From Chara braunii (lineage: Eukaryota > Plantae > Charophyceae): a stretch of DNA of 64,000 bases. Made by a program: the position numbers and the translations under genes. Within the stretch, counting starts at the first letter, position 1; each line of letters starts with the position of its first letter. Shown here one piece after another: positions 25,192 through 36,350 of the stretch. The stretch lies in contig BFEA01000025.1 of the NCBI GenBank assembly GCA_003427395.1, positions 4,467,668 through 4,531,667 of the forward strand. The letters are read 5' to 3'. The notes under the pieces were generated by a model, which was given only the letters and a program-made list of their open reading frames with translations, was not told the DNA's origin and made no database searches.

Positions 25192-28100
25192 CTATAGGGG
25201 GATATGCAAACATGGGTGTAGTGGGAGTATATAGACAGAAAGAAGTTACCTGATGGTTCCCTGCCTCCAGATACTCGCCTAGGTTCCGGCAGAGCTCCCG
25301 CAATCGGTGGGAGGACTCCCCACAGAGTCTTGTTGCGGTCCTACGGGTTGCAATCCCGCCTGCCGCCTTCCCCTCGTAACCAATTGACTAGACTTGGAGT
25401 AAGAAAGGCAGATAGAGAAGGTTTAGAGACTCTTAGAGGGGTGCACTCAGACTCGCGTGAACCCAACCCCCTGACGATCCCCTAATTCGCAGCACTAGGC
25501 CCCTATTTGTCCGGTCCGATCACCTCTCCAAGTCTTGATACCTCCCCTCAGTCCAATCGCGGCCGCCTAGCAGCCTCTAACAGACCATGATAGCCAGCGG
25601 CAGTGTGCAGCAGCATACAGCGGTCAATGGCAAACAGCAGCAGCTAACCGCAACAGCAGATTGTACACAGCCCCTAGATGCAGCAGCTTGCAGCGGCGGC
25701 TAGCAGCGGCTCGCCCATAGTCAACAGTTAGCAGCAATCTGCAGCCACATGCCGTAACTAGCCACCGCAGCCCGCACGCAGCAGCAGTACCCCGTCACGA
25801 GGGAGAACAGTAGCGGTGCACAGCAGTAGTGCACAGCGAGGGACTGCGCCCTGCCACACGGGGTGTACAACAGTTCGGTATCGCAGACGTTCACCAGGGA
25901 CACGGCAACGTACAGCAGCAAGGCATGGCAAGGCGCTCAATAAGGTACATCACAGGTGGCGACCCCCTTCCAAGAGCCAACTTCGTCGGTCACAGCATCT
26001 GACCACCGGTGGTCAAGGGGGACCTGACAACCNCTCCCCAAATCGTAGCAACANCNGTCTGTGCCCGCCAGCATATGCCCTTAGCGCTGAGGACTGGCNT
26101 CCGTGTCGTAGAACAGCCCGAATCACTGTAACAGGCTGCTTCTCATCTCAGTCGTACTAGCAACTCCCAGTCCCTCACTCCAATACCAGGCNACTACCAT
26201 GCTGCAGCCCAGCAACAACAACTCACAGATTTGTAGCAGCAGCGNTAGCCAGCAGCCTCCCTTGCAGCCTGGTCACTTTCCTNATACTACACCTTCGCTG
26301 CCCAATATGAGGCTGCAGCCCTGCCGTCCAAACAGTCATCGTACTCAGAACAGNGCAGCGGCCTGCTCNAGCCCANCGTCCGCTGCTACAGAGAATACAG
26401 TCACAACGAGTAGCCTGGCACGCAATAGAGCTGCAAAAAGGCGTCACCNCANCCAGGGTGTACAGTGAACCGCCGCAGTGGCCCAGGCTCAGTGAGACAG
26501 TGCAACAGCTCTCGAGGGAAAACAGCATCCGGATGCCTGGGAGACACAGTTTCTTCACGGGCCCATAGCGAAAATACTGTAGTGACTGTGCTCAGTCATT
26601 AACCGCTGTACACAACGAGGTCCAGCCACACCTGCCAATGGTGAAACCCATCCAGGGCTGTACAGACCCACTACAGTATACCAGCAACCGACTCCCTCAC
26701 GCCGCTGTCAATGGCCAGACACGTACTACAACCGTTTAAACTAGGGGCTTACACAATCTACAGGTAAGCTGTCTGAATACCTTTTTCTACCACCTCTATT
26801 GACCCGCAGTATTAGTTGTAGGACAAGCCCAATAGCAAACAAAAAGTGTTTCAACAGCAAGCAGTAAGTGCAACAGCGACCGGATTATATACATATATTA
26901 GCTGTGTAGACTCCGATTAAGCTCCCTACCGAATCTGTAGGCTACATCAGATTCGCCTCACGGGTACGGCCAGGTGCACTCTCCTGGAACCCACAATTTT
27001 AAGATCAGGCTGAGGACGGCCAGCACCAGACTCCTGACCTCCCAAAGTAACCGCTCAACTACCGCAGGGTGTTGGCTCAGTGGTAGCAATACAACTCGGG
27101 TCCGGACCCGCAGTCCCCAGCACCAGCCTGTCGGCAAGAACAACCCCTCCTAGTGGTCTCCTGGCCAACAGAAGGCGCAACAGCAACTGAAAATATAGTA
27201 GCAATGCAGCAGCGCACGGGAGTGGCCTTGAAATACAGGGTGACACCAGCCCTCCCTTACCACAGCAACAGCAACCTGCCGGTCACCACCGTCTGAGAAC
27301 TCAGCAACAGCACCCAAGCTACATCAGTGCCATACCCCAAACCACCGGCACTAGCTCCTTTATTGTAAAAACTAGCAACGAACACTTTCCAGGCACAACA
27401 GCCAAAGAAGTTGTTCCAACTCCCACACCCGNTCACCAATCCCAGTAGCTTAAGCCCATAGCAACTGCCTGGCGTAGTAGCCTATAGTAACGGCAGCGCC
27501 AGACCGAGAGTGCACTGCAGTAAGTGCAGCAAACAGCGATCGCTGTCCAACAGCCAGCAGTGTGGGATGGAAATAGCCAATCGTCGTTGGAACTGTGGGC
27601 TCAACGATGTGCACAGTGACCTACAACGGGATTCGTCAACCACTCGTGTACAGCAAACATGTATGGCAACCACAGCCACGCCCCGTGCTCAGCAAAGTGT
27701 ACCAGAAGCGCAATAAGGCTGACACCTTGATTTAGCAGCAAAAACACAGTAGATGCTGCCTGTGGCTTGCTGTCTTGTCCGTTTCCTATTCATGTACCTT
27801 GTAGTAGCCCGCAGTCACCTGAATGCACCTGGCCATCAACCTAGCCAGGTTCAGCCGGAATCAGTGAAGACGACCACCCTGATGGAGCAGAGCACCCCTA
27901 CGTCGAACAGCCATTGATTATAGGCAGCGCGGGGGCTATTCACGACGTCCTCCCGCTACAACACCTTGATAGCCAGCCGACCATAGCCATGATGGCGAAG
28001 GCTGTGACGACTTTATCAATAAGCATGATGCCAATGTTGGTGAGGGAGACCAGTGGCCACCTCTGCAGCGGTGACCCACACAGCGACAACGATGCCAGTA

Positions 28101-29286
28101 CTTGCTACAACAGTCAGGGCCATAAGCCGTTGGAAAAACGAGTATGAATCTCCCGCTAGAATGCGAAAAGGTACACACTCCTCATATCTTATTTTCTCCC
28201 ACGCAGCCCTCCATCATCGTGACGCCCCATCTGTTACTCACGGCCCCGAACGGACGTCGCCATCACACCCGCAAAGCCCCAAAACCCCTGTTTAGAATCC
28301 TCCCTCGCTCGATTTCGTCAAGGAACGAGCGAGATATGTACTTTTCCATTCCCCTTCTTCTTCACCTCTTCCACCTCCGCGCAGCTACTTTCCCTCCTAC
28401 CTCCCCACACAGCACTCTATCGCACAAACTAACTGCACAATCTGACTCGCCCTACCAAAAAAGCCTCAATCTAGTACTTGACTTCGCTCGGTTCCGGTAA
28501 GAGTTGAGTGAGATCTCTAATTTTTCACTCCTCCCTTAGCCCGTTCTCCATACCTCCTCGCACGTCTTTTCCTTCGTATCTTCTATCCCCTCACTTCTTC
28601 CTCCCTTCTGACTTCACCGCTGAGTTCGCCCGGGCCAAGACGTAGGAAATGAGCCTTCATTTGCTCATTTCCATCAAGGAACGACGATTCACAACCATAC
28701 TCATCCTCTTCCCGTCGCTGCTTCCACCATCNCCCGCCCTGAACGCATGGAGACGCTGAAANGGACCGGATTCATTTCTCTTCTTTCCTTTCTTACTAAC
28801 CTCCTTATTTCTGTTCCCCGCCTACCTCATCTTGTTCTTAGCTACTAACCCCTTTCCATGCCCCTTCTTTCACTCGTCTTGCTCGTGCTCCCTTCGTCAT
28901 TGCCTGCGTCGAATGTCTCCTCTCTCTCCGAACGCACCTGGNGGGGNTTCACGTCCAGGTTCGGTCGGTTGTCGCTGGCCTCTAATACTCTGCCGCTGCG
29001 CCCAGTCTCCAGCCTGCTTCTCCCTTATAGTGCATGCACCCGGTACAACTCCGGGTCCGGATTCATAATCACCTCCATATCGCCCTGCTATTCTGCCTCG
29101 CTTCTCTCTCCTTCCCGCAACTAGGCACAGCGCCTCGTAGCCATAGCCCGATCGTGCCTAGTGCAGTTCAACAATCAGGCTCATCCTCTCCCCTTCTCTC
29201 CCCAACAGCGCAGGGCCCGATGGTCTGCCCGGTCGGGAGAGGTGCGTAGCGATCGGCAGCTCACCGTGCCGCACCAAGCCCGGGTG

Positions 29287-29378
29287 TTGGCTTACTCCCC
29301 GACTTTATACGTGTTATCCTAGCACAGGGGCCATGCTAAACTTCTCTGTATCGTCCCAATGTTACCGGATGTCCCGAC
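29287..29378 (-). ncRNA. Diverged U6 snRNA-like sequence inside the LTR element
   Basis: Minus strand GGGACATCCGGTAACATTGGGACGATACAGAGAAGTTTAGCATGGCCCCTGTGCTAGGATAACACGTATAAA; ACAGAGA box and AGC triad intact; no oligo-T terminator. Confidence 0.85.
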
Positions 29379-30754
29379 TGGTGCAGTGTCTGTATTCCCT
29401 CAGTTCAGTGGTGTATCCACTAAATGAGGCTGTTGGCCCTCACGGCCGGCCCCATACGAAAAAAAAACGAAAGAGTAATAATAATAATTAAATAACAAAG
29501 AAAAAAATAAAAATAGGAACCTAAAAAAATCAAAAACAAAAAAACGGTTGAGGGGGAGGAGGACTGCTCTCACTTGGCACTTGGTCCCCGGTCCTGCCTA
29601 CCGGGCCCACTGTCGAACTCCCCAACAAAACTGAGGGGGATAGTCCTGCAGGACCCTCAACCCCTCAGCTCTTCAACACTCCAATGCTCCTGCATTGCCG
29701 CCCATTGGCCTCGATCCCCGTATTTTCGTTGTAACAGTCCAACATTGTAACCTACAGGGCTAAGCCCAAGCCTAGTATTGGTAAGCGCGTTACTCCATAT
29801 GAACAGGTGCGGCGCAGCCCCCAGGCCTCATTCCTGCCTTCCATTAGGCACGCTACCGCTAGGCTCCTACGCCGGCTTGCCCCCCTTGCGCCGTGGCCGC
29901 CCCGCACCCTACTTCGCACGTTAGACTACCAACGGTCTACCAAGGGCACCTCTTATTCCTAGTAGCCAGAGTCAGGCCGACCAACTATGCCGGTTGCATA
30001 ATCCAAAGTAGAAAAATCACACGCGCGCCTTAATCCCGCGCGCCCACACCAGCTCCACTCTAACCAAGCAACTTACCCATGTTACCAAACAGACGGAGCC
30101 GCGTCTCGCACGGTACACTTTAGACCTCTACCCGTACTTCCGGTCACTTGCAAAGGCAAGGGCGGATACCCTTGTCAGGGTATTCGCGCCGACACCGAAG
30201 CTAGCCCGAAAAAGACAGAGGATGACCGATCTGGCTCACGGTAGGCAGGTCCGTAGCTATGAGGCTCGAAATGGAAATGATGGGCCCCAACATCAATATA
30301 AATTAGGGGACCTAGTGCAGCCACGTGGCCACATCTCGGAAATTCGGCAAGTTCGTCATCCACGGCTTAGTACGGATCTTCGGCGTCTGGCGCAGTTCTT
30401 CTGCGACGTGGGTGTGTGTGCAGCTGCCGCGTTTCGATTCGAAGGGAGTCGGCAGGCAGTAGTATTGGCGAAGGTGGTAGCGGTTCATCGGCGAGCGGTT
30501 CCCGGAACGAGCCACGTCACCACGATCGCGACTTTCAGCGGCGACATTAGTACGATCAGCCCACTGTGGCATACCGCGATCTTGACCTCGCTGCGAGCGT
30601 GGACGGAGCAGGTGTCCAACGTATGGCAGCACGGTCTTGCCCGACCAAGGCACAATCTCATCCCGACCTTTGCACCTGATCTTGACGGGGTCCGTCTCTC
30701 TCCGCGCGAGCCAGCGGTCGCGATCCCCACCCCCGTTGCTTTCCCACGCCCCCG

Positions 30755-31741
30755 ATGAACCCCGCCGCCCTCCTCGCCCCTCTCTCCATCTTCGGCCTAC
30801 CCTCTCTTTTCCCTACCTTCTGGCAGTCCGATCTTCATCCTCATCTCTCCCTCTCGATTGAACCCCTTTCCGACCCGCTTCTTAATCCCGGGCATTGGCG
30901 ACTCTGGCGTGAGACCTTTGTTGAGTTGTCCATGTGCTTGGCTCAAGTACGGGTGACGTGGACGCAGACCAGCGAGCATCCGGCGTGGCTCGAAAATCTG
31001 GAACTGCTGATCATACAAGCTTGGAGGACTAACGTGGAGGGTGATCTCCTCGGCTTTCTCTTCGGATCGGTGCGGTCGGGACATCGTCAACTAATTGCTC
31101 AAGAACTCATCGTGCCGATCGTGCAACTGGCGGACGATCTCTCTCCTCACATCGTTTCGCAAAGCGACGACAGCCCCGCTCCGCACATACTCACGCGAAC
31201 GTTGGATCCGTATCTTCAGTGGAGTGCATGCTTGGAAGAGCCTGGGGACGAAGCCTCTCTACCATCGCGGCAGGAGTATCTGAAGCCATACGGCATTATC
31301 AATCACGCTTTCTATCCGAAGGCGGAGGAGGTAGTGATAGAAGAAGAGGGAAGTGACAACGACGGGGAAACATCGGAAGAGGGAAGCTATAGCGAGTATA
31401 GCGAGGGCGAGCAGAGCGAAGAAGAAGAAGAAGAAGAGGAAGAGGAAACAGGGTCTGAGTGGGAAGCCTTGCCGGAGGAAGCGACGCGTACTGGCACGGA
31501 GGCAGAAGATCCTGAGGCAGCACGCAAGCGAGAAGAAATTGCCACCGGGAAACGCCAGCTAGAGTTCGCCAGCGGAGCACGCCTGCACATCGGTGACGAT
31601 CCGACCAGGGATCCGGAGCCGCCGAAGCCCGAAGATGGCGACCCAGCAGCCACCACCCCAAGCACCTCACGGCGGAGATGGAGCCGATCCTCCTCCCCCT
31701 CCGGCCCCACCAGTTCGTCCACGTACCGATGCGGGGGATAG
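30755..31741 (+). CDS. 328-aa accessory ORF with acidic tract, unknown function
   Basis: Uninterrupted ATG-initiated ORF with a globular-looking N half (LIIQAWRTNVEGDLLGFLFG) and poly-E region, ~0.9 kb before the right LTR. Confidence 0.6.
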   Translation: MNPAALLAPLSIFGLPSLFPTFWQSDLHPHLSLSIEPLSDPLLNPGHWRLWRETFVELSMCLAQVRVTWTQTSEHPAWLENLELLIIQAWRTNVEGDLLGFLFGSVRSGHRQLIAQELIVPIVQLADDLSPHIVSQSDDSPAPHILTRTLDPYLQWSACLEEPGDEASLPSRQEYLKPYGIINHAFYPKAEEVVIEEEGSDNDGETSEEGSYSEYSEGEQSEEEEEEEEEETGSEWEALPEEATRTGTEAEDPEAARKREEIATGKRQLEFASGARLHIGDDPTRDPEPPKPEDGDPAATTPSTSRRRWSRSSSPSGPTSSSTYRCGG

Positions 31742-32662
31742 GCCTTCGTCCCCGGACATTATCCCGCCGCCCCCTTGATTACCTCACCCTCGAGCAGATC
31801 CACACCCCCGTCACCTTCCCCCGCCACCCCTTCCATCCCCATCTCTTCCGTGATCTCTACTCTACGCGCCTAATCGCTACCGTATACCCTCACCGCTCCC
31901 TTCAGCCCGCTGCCCCCACGTTCTGTCTACACATCCTGTTGTTCAGCGCTGCGTGGGAGCAGTGCAATGTAGTAGAAGTCTACTGTGTGGCCACGGGAAC
32001 GATCCCCGTTTGTCGCCACTACGATTTCTTTCACGCCTAGCTCTTTCGCACCCTCTCCTCCCTCTACCGCGACTACCTCGCCTCTCTCCCTCATAGCAGC
32101 GATCGCTTCGCTCGTTTTCACCGGATCATTCGCTATGGGGAACTTCCAGTGACAGTAGAAGAATTGAATCGCTACCTACCTCCACTTCCTCCCCGACGTC
32201 CCTGTGGATTTCCCTCCATGTACCGTCTCTACTGGCCCATTCCAATAAGGCGGTAAAACCCAATCGCATGACTATTCCCTCCTCCCCCCCCACCCCCCCT
32301 CTCTTCCTCCCTTCTCCCAATTAACAAGGGAAAAACGGCACGAATCAGCAAGCTTCGCGAAGATCACGCCATCGACGATGACGTCAACCTACGCTCTGAT
32401 TCGACGGACTGCGACGAGCCGGGGTGCAGAGCACACGGAGAACCAGCGGACGATGATGGCGTCACCTGGACGACCTCCGACGATTCCAACTGNACGAGCC
32501 AGTAGACTCACGAAGAGATTGCAATTGAAGTTGGCGTCAACATGAACTCTGGCTCGATTATCTGCTGATACACTTGGTTCCTCATGCATCACTCTTCCCC
32601 CCCTCCTCCTTCCTTCTCCGCCGTGACATACAATCAGGAGAACGCATAATTTTGGAACCCCC

Positions 32663-32682
32663 TGCGCGTCACATATGTGACG
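32663..32682. other. Internal end-to-end junction palindrome (B1-TA-A2)
   Basis: TGCGCGTCACA-TA-TGTGACG; 16-bp perfect palindrome CGTCACATATGTGACG. Confidence 0.9.
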
Positions 32683-35426
32683 AACTACTTCCCGAACCTG
32701 TGCTATCTTTCGTACCCCTTTGATTTGAATTTCTTTTGTATCATACCGACCTTGCAAGCACCCTGTTTTGTTTTCCTGATTTCGAATGCCGCGTTTTTGG
32801 GCCCCCATCTTCCGGAAGCTTGTGTGATTCTTCGGTTCTGCTTTTTCTTTTTGCAATTCGGGAAATGCATAGGAATTTACGCGCGCCTTAGCGAGCGCAT
32901 TGGGAATTGGGCCCGGCAGTTGGAAATTCCAGGATAAGCGGAACTTCGACGTGTCCTTTTTGTGTGTGAATGTTCCCGGTTGCGTTGGGGAAAACTCTCG
33001 GAATTTTGTGAGAATACGAATAGGCGTAGGACTTTCTTTTCCCACATCGTCCCTTTCGCGCGCGGATATGGTGATTTCAATTTTGAATTTAGGACATAGG
33101 CAAGCTGTAACTGTTTCGGTGCCTTTTTCTTTTTCTTTTTGTTGACGGCGCCACGCATACGAAGCTTTCTTCTCCCCCCCCCCCCNCCCTGTTTCCCGCA
33201 TCGTTCTCTCCCGCGCCCTTTTCCCCTTTTCATCCTCCCTTCTCGCAACTGTTTTCTCTCTCTCTCTCTCCCGCTCTGATCGGTTGCGCGCCCATTTCCC
33301 TTTCTTGATCATCTGAATCTTGGACCCGTCTTGCGCTACTTCTCGCGCCCTTTTTCCTTTCGCCTTCCGAACGTGAATCGGAAGCCCNGTCGATCCTTCG
33401 ATCACTCTCGCCCACCAATCAGACGAGTGGTACGATAGGATCTGCCTATTGCGTGACGAATCTGATTGGCGAAGCTCAGAGTCCCGAAGAATCAACATGG
33501 CTTCCGTAGCGCGCTCCTCGCCAACTCTTCTCCTCTTGCTTTTTTTCTTACACCTCGATTTTCCCCCTGCCTTCTCTCTCCCTTGTCCCCCTTCTCGCCA
33601 CTATAAATTTCGCAAACGCGCCCGCAAATCTCTCTTACGTTCTCGACTNCCAAGCCAGCTTNCGGGAAGCAGTGGCCAGGNANAGTGTTTTGTGCGAGTC
33701 GGANAGTCCTGTCGGGCTGACGATAGGCTNNCCGGTTGCGCGCTTGATCACCACGANGGACTGTGGGATCCGGGCGAACCGCGTCGAGTTTACGTCGGCG
33801 GGGTGACGATCGCAGTGGTGGGAGTTNNNACGCGNCGGCANGGATNGTNGGTGCGGGTATGAGGATCGATGATTGGAGTTGAGTGGGTGATTGGNCCGGG
33901 GCCATATTGGAATTCACGGCGAATGCGCCTTTGTTGATTGNGGATCTTTATCTCTGGCGTGAGTGTACGGNGGCAANGCCGAACTTCCTCTTCTCGGATC
34001 TTGTCATCTCCTATCTCTACTGCCCTCCCTCGTCTCTCTCTCTCTTCTATCTTTGAATGACGGTGTGTCTTGAAGCTTGTCCCTCTCATGAATGGGGGTG
34101 AAATTGTGTGCTCTCCCGTGTGAAGGAACTTCTTCCGGAACTCTTCCATTAGTTTCCTGGGTAATCCCCAGATGTCGAGGAGTTGGTCCTCTTGTCTTGT
34201 GAACGGTGGATGTGAGTGTACAACTCCCTCGGTTGATTTCTGGCCTGTGCACCCCTGCCATTTTCGCACCTTCCACAATGAATGCATGTGTGGAGATGCT
34301 TGCCTTTTTGGTGTTGATTAGACGCAACACTCGGCGGGATTTGTTCGAGAATGCAAGAGTGTTTAGATCTGTAGTTCTGAATGTACTGCGCATGCCATCT
34401 GCCTTATGCTGCAACACATCTGCCTTATGCTGCAAGACATCTGCCACCGATCCACGGGGCAACCCCGAGGAACAGGGCGCCTGGGATCAATGTCGTGGTA
34501 GCTTACTAAACCTGAGTCATGGGTCGGTCCCTCAGTTACATGCATGATCAGCTGATGAGTGCTTTCTCTCTCTCTCGTGTCGGAAAAAATTGATTGGTGG
34601 TTGTGCGAGTGTTTTTTTTTATGACGTCTCGGGATTTTTGTAATTGATTGACATGTGGACAGACCAACGCCCTTCGATCGAGCGTCATTCTCCCGTATCT
34701 CCCGCGTCAACGCGACCTTTTCCTAACGACGAGGAAAGGATACGTGTATGGGAGTGGGACGTACGAGAAGTTGTCGCACGGATCGGCGGACGCTATTACT
34801 TCCCTCCGGAAAATCGTTGTTTAGGGTTCGTAGAGGCTGGGTTTGTCATTATCGATACACACTTTCCACCTTATTCGATATTGTTGCCATTTAACGAGTT
34901 GATCGTCATCCCGTGGGCGGCAGTAGAACCCCACTGGNCTNGCACTCTATGCACCGAGTGCCANCGCTTTGAGCGCTACGAATCCAAGGGTTTCCACTAC
35001 CGCGTACGGAGTGAAGACGAACACAGAGAAAGAGCCACACGACTAAGACCCTCCACGTCGGACTCANAACTAACTGGNGAGCGACGTCGGGACTTAATAC
35101 GAAGACGAGACACGCGAAGCGTGCCGAAGCCTTTTCGCTCTAAACGAAGAACCGTAGCACGGTGGGAAGTCAGGCAATACTTTTGGATTGAATTCGTATT
35201 TCTCCCTCCTTTCGCGCTGAACCCTCGCGCGCATTTTGCGATGTGCGAAAAACGGTCGACTTACTCCATCGAACCAACACTGGGGATTTCAGTTCTGTCT
35301 GTGTCCCCACACTCAATTTCCAAAAATCCTTGGCACACCCCATCTTGCTGTTTTTCTGGGGCTCTTTTTCGGCACCTCTAGCACCCCGAACAAAAGACAG
35401 CACAGGCCGTGAGGTTGCGCGTCACA
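32676..35426 (+). repeat. Right LTR (A2) plus 11-bp terminal B2 segment
   Basis: Matches 13740-16517 through GAGGT (35415), then TGCGCGTCACA (35416-35426). Confidence 0.93.
34644..35381 (+). CDS. Second copy of the LTR-encoded ORF
   Basis: Essentially identical to 15745-16293 until a 1-nt indel near its end. Confidence 0.55.
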   Translation: MIDMWTDQRPSIERHSPVSPASTRPFPNDEERIRVWEWDVREVVARIGGRYYFPPENRCLGFVEAGFVIIDTHFPPYSILLPFNELIVIPWAAVEPHWXXTLCTECXRFERYESKGFHYRVRSEDEHRERATRLRPSTSDSXLTXERRRDLIRRRDTRSVPKPFRSKRRTVARWEVRQYFWIEFVFLPPFALNPRAHFAMCEKRSTYSIEPTLGISVLSVSPHSISKNPWHTPSCCFSGALFRHL

Positions 35427-35451
35427 GGAATGACTACAAACGTGCAATGCC
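35427..35451 (+). repeat. 25-bp flanking direct repeat (right copy)
   Basis: Identical to 13715-13739. Confidence 0.9.
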
Positions 35452-35613
35452 GCAGGCTCTGTTCAGTACATCCGTTGGGCCACTGTGTTTTTTTTTTTTT
35501 TCCGAACTGGGCCAGGAATGCTAATGGCAGTGATATGAGCATCCACCATTAGCAACCCAGCTATGGGCTCCAGTCTATTGGTGGAGAGCTGCACCTGCTG
35601 GAAAACGGGTTCC

Positions 35614-36350
35614 TTTTTTTTTCTTTTTTTTTTTTGAAACTTCGTATACAGGAAACCTACTTATAGAGGTGATAAGAGCATCCCCGATAAGTAGATCCGC
35701 GTCGAAGGGTCCAGGGTCCCTCAAATAATACAACTGATTGAACTGACATAATGATACATGAACAGAGTTACTGAGTGACTGAGGCTGAGTCTGCCTCTTT
35801 AGCTAGAACCTAGAACATCGTGACCTAACTAGCAACTCAACCTTATGTCATCCTTGCTGATCCAGAATTTGACGTCAATGCAAACTTTCCGATAATATCT
35901 TCCCAGGCCTGCCTATAATCCTACTGTCCCAAGAACTATACCCTTCCGAAGCAATAGATCCTTCAGTCTTCCCCTATACCAAGCCAATGCAGATCTACCA
36001 AGGCAAGCTCAGACTGAGGCAAGGGGTCCAGAAACATTTCAGGAGATCTCAAAGAAGACCCCGGTTCTATGTCAAACCAGAGCGGGAAGGATATGTCATA
36101 GATGATAGTTCCTCTTGAAGGAGAATCCATCCCCTGGCCAGTTCACCTCCCCCAGTTTCTCCCCTGAGAGGTCCCCCAGCCAATTCAGTTGAAATTTGTG
36201 GATTCTTTGTACATCTGAAGGCTGGCTGTGTTAATCCCGTCTTCTGAACAACAGATCTACCTACTACAACAGATATACCTACTATAGGCCGGCTTGCCTG
36301 GTCAGATGTCCGTCCCACAGGGAGGTTTGCTTGGAATACCAAGGATGCCA
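35614..36350 (-). mobile_element. Probable 5'-truncated LINE 3' end
   Basis: Poly-T at ~35614-35635; weak similarity of the minus-strand translation to the C-terminus of the first LINE. Confidence 0.35.

Larger units (their letters stand above)
13740..35426. mobile_element. 21.7-kb LTR retrotransposon-like element with atypical termini
   Basis: TGTGACG...CGTCACA inverted termini, ~2.75-kb direct repeats at both ends, PBS, Gypsy pol fragments, 25-bp flanking duplication. Confidence 0.9.

Noticed and set aside
25143-25249. GT-AG intron on the minus strand upstream of protease
   Set aside because: Splice sites look plausible, but the joined upstream frame hits a stop with no ATG
32389-33498. 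369-aa minus-strand ORF across the right LTR border
   Set aside because: Low-complexity antisense frame that is not preserved in the left LTR copy
13740-35426. DIRS/Ngaro tyrosine-recombinase element
   Set aside because: No R-H-R-Y recombinase motifs are visible in any ORF; the RT and integrase are Gypsy type
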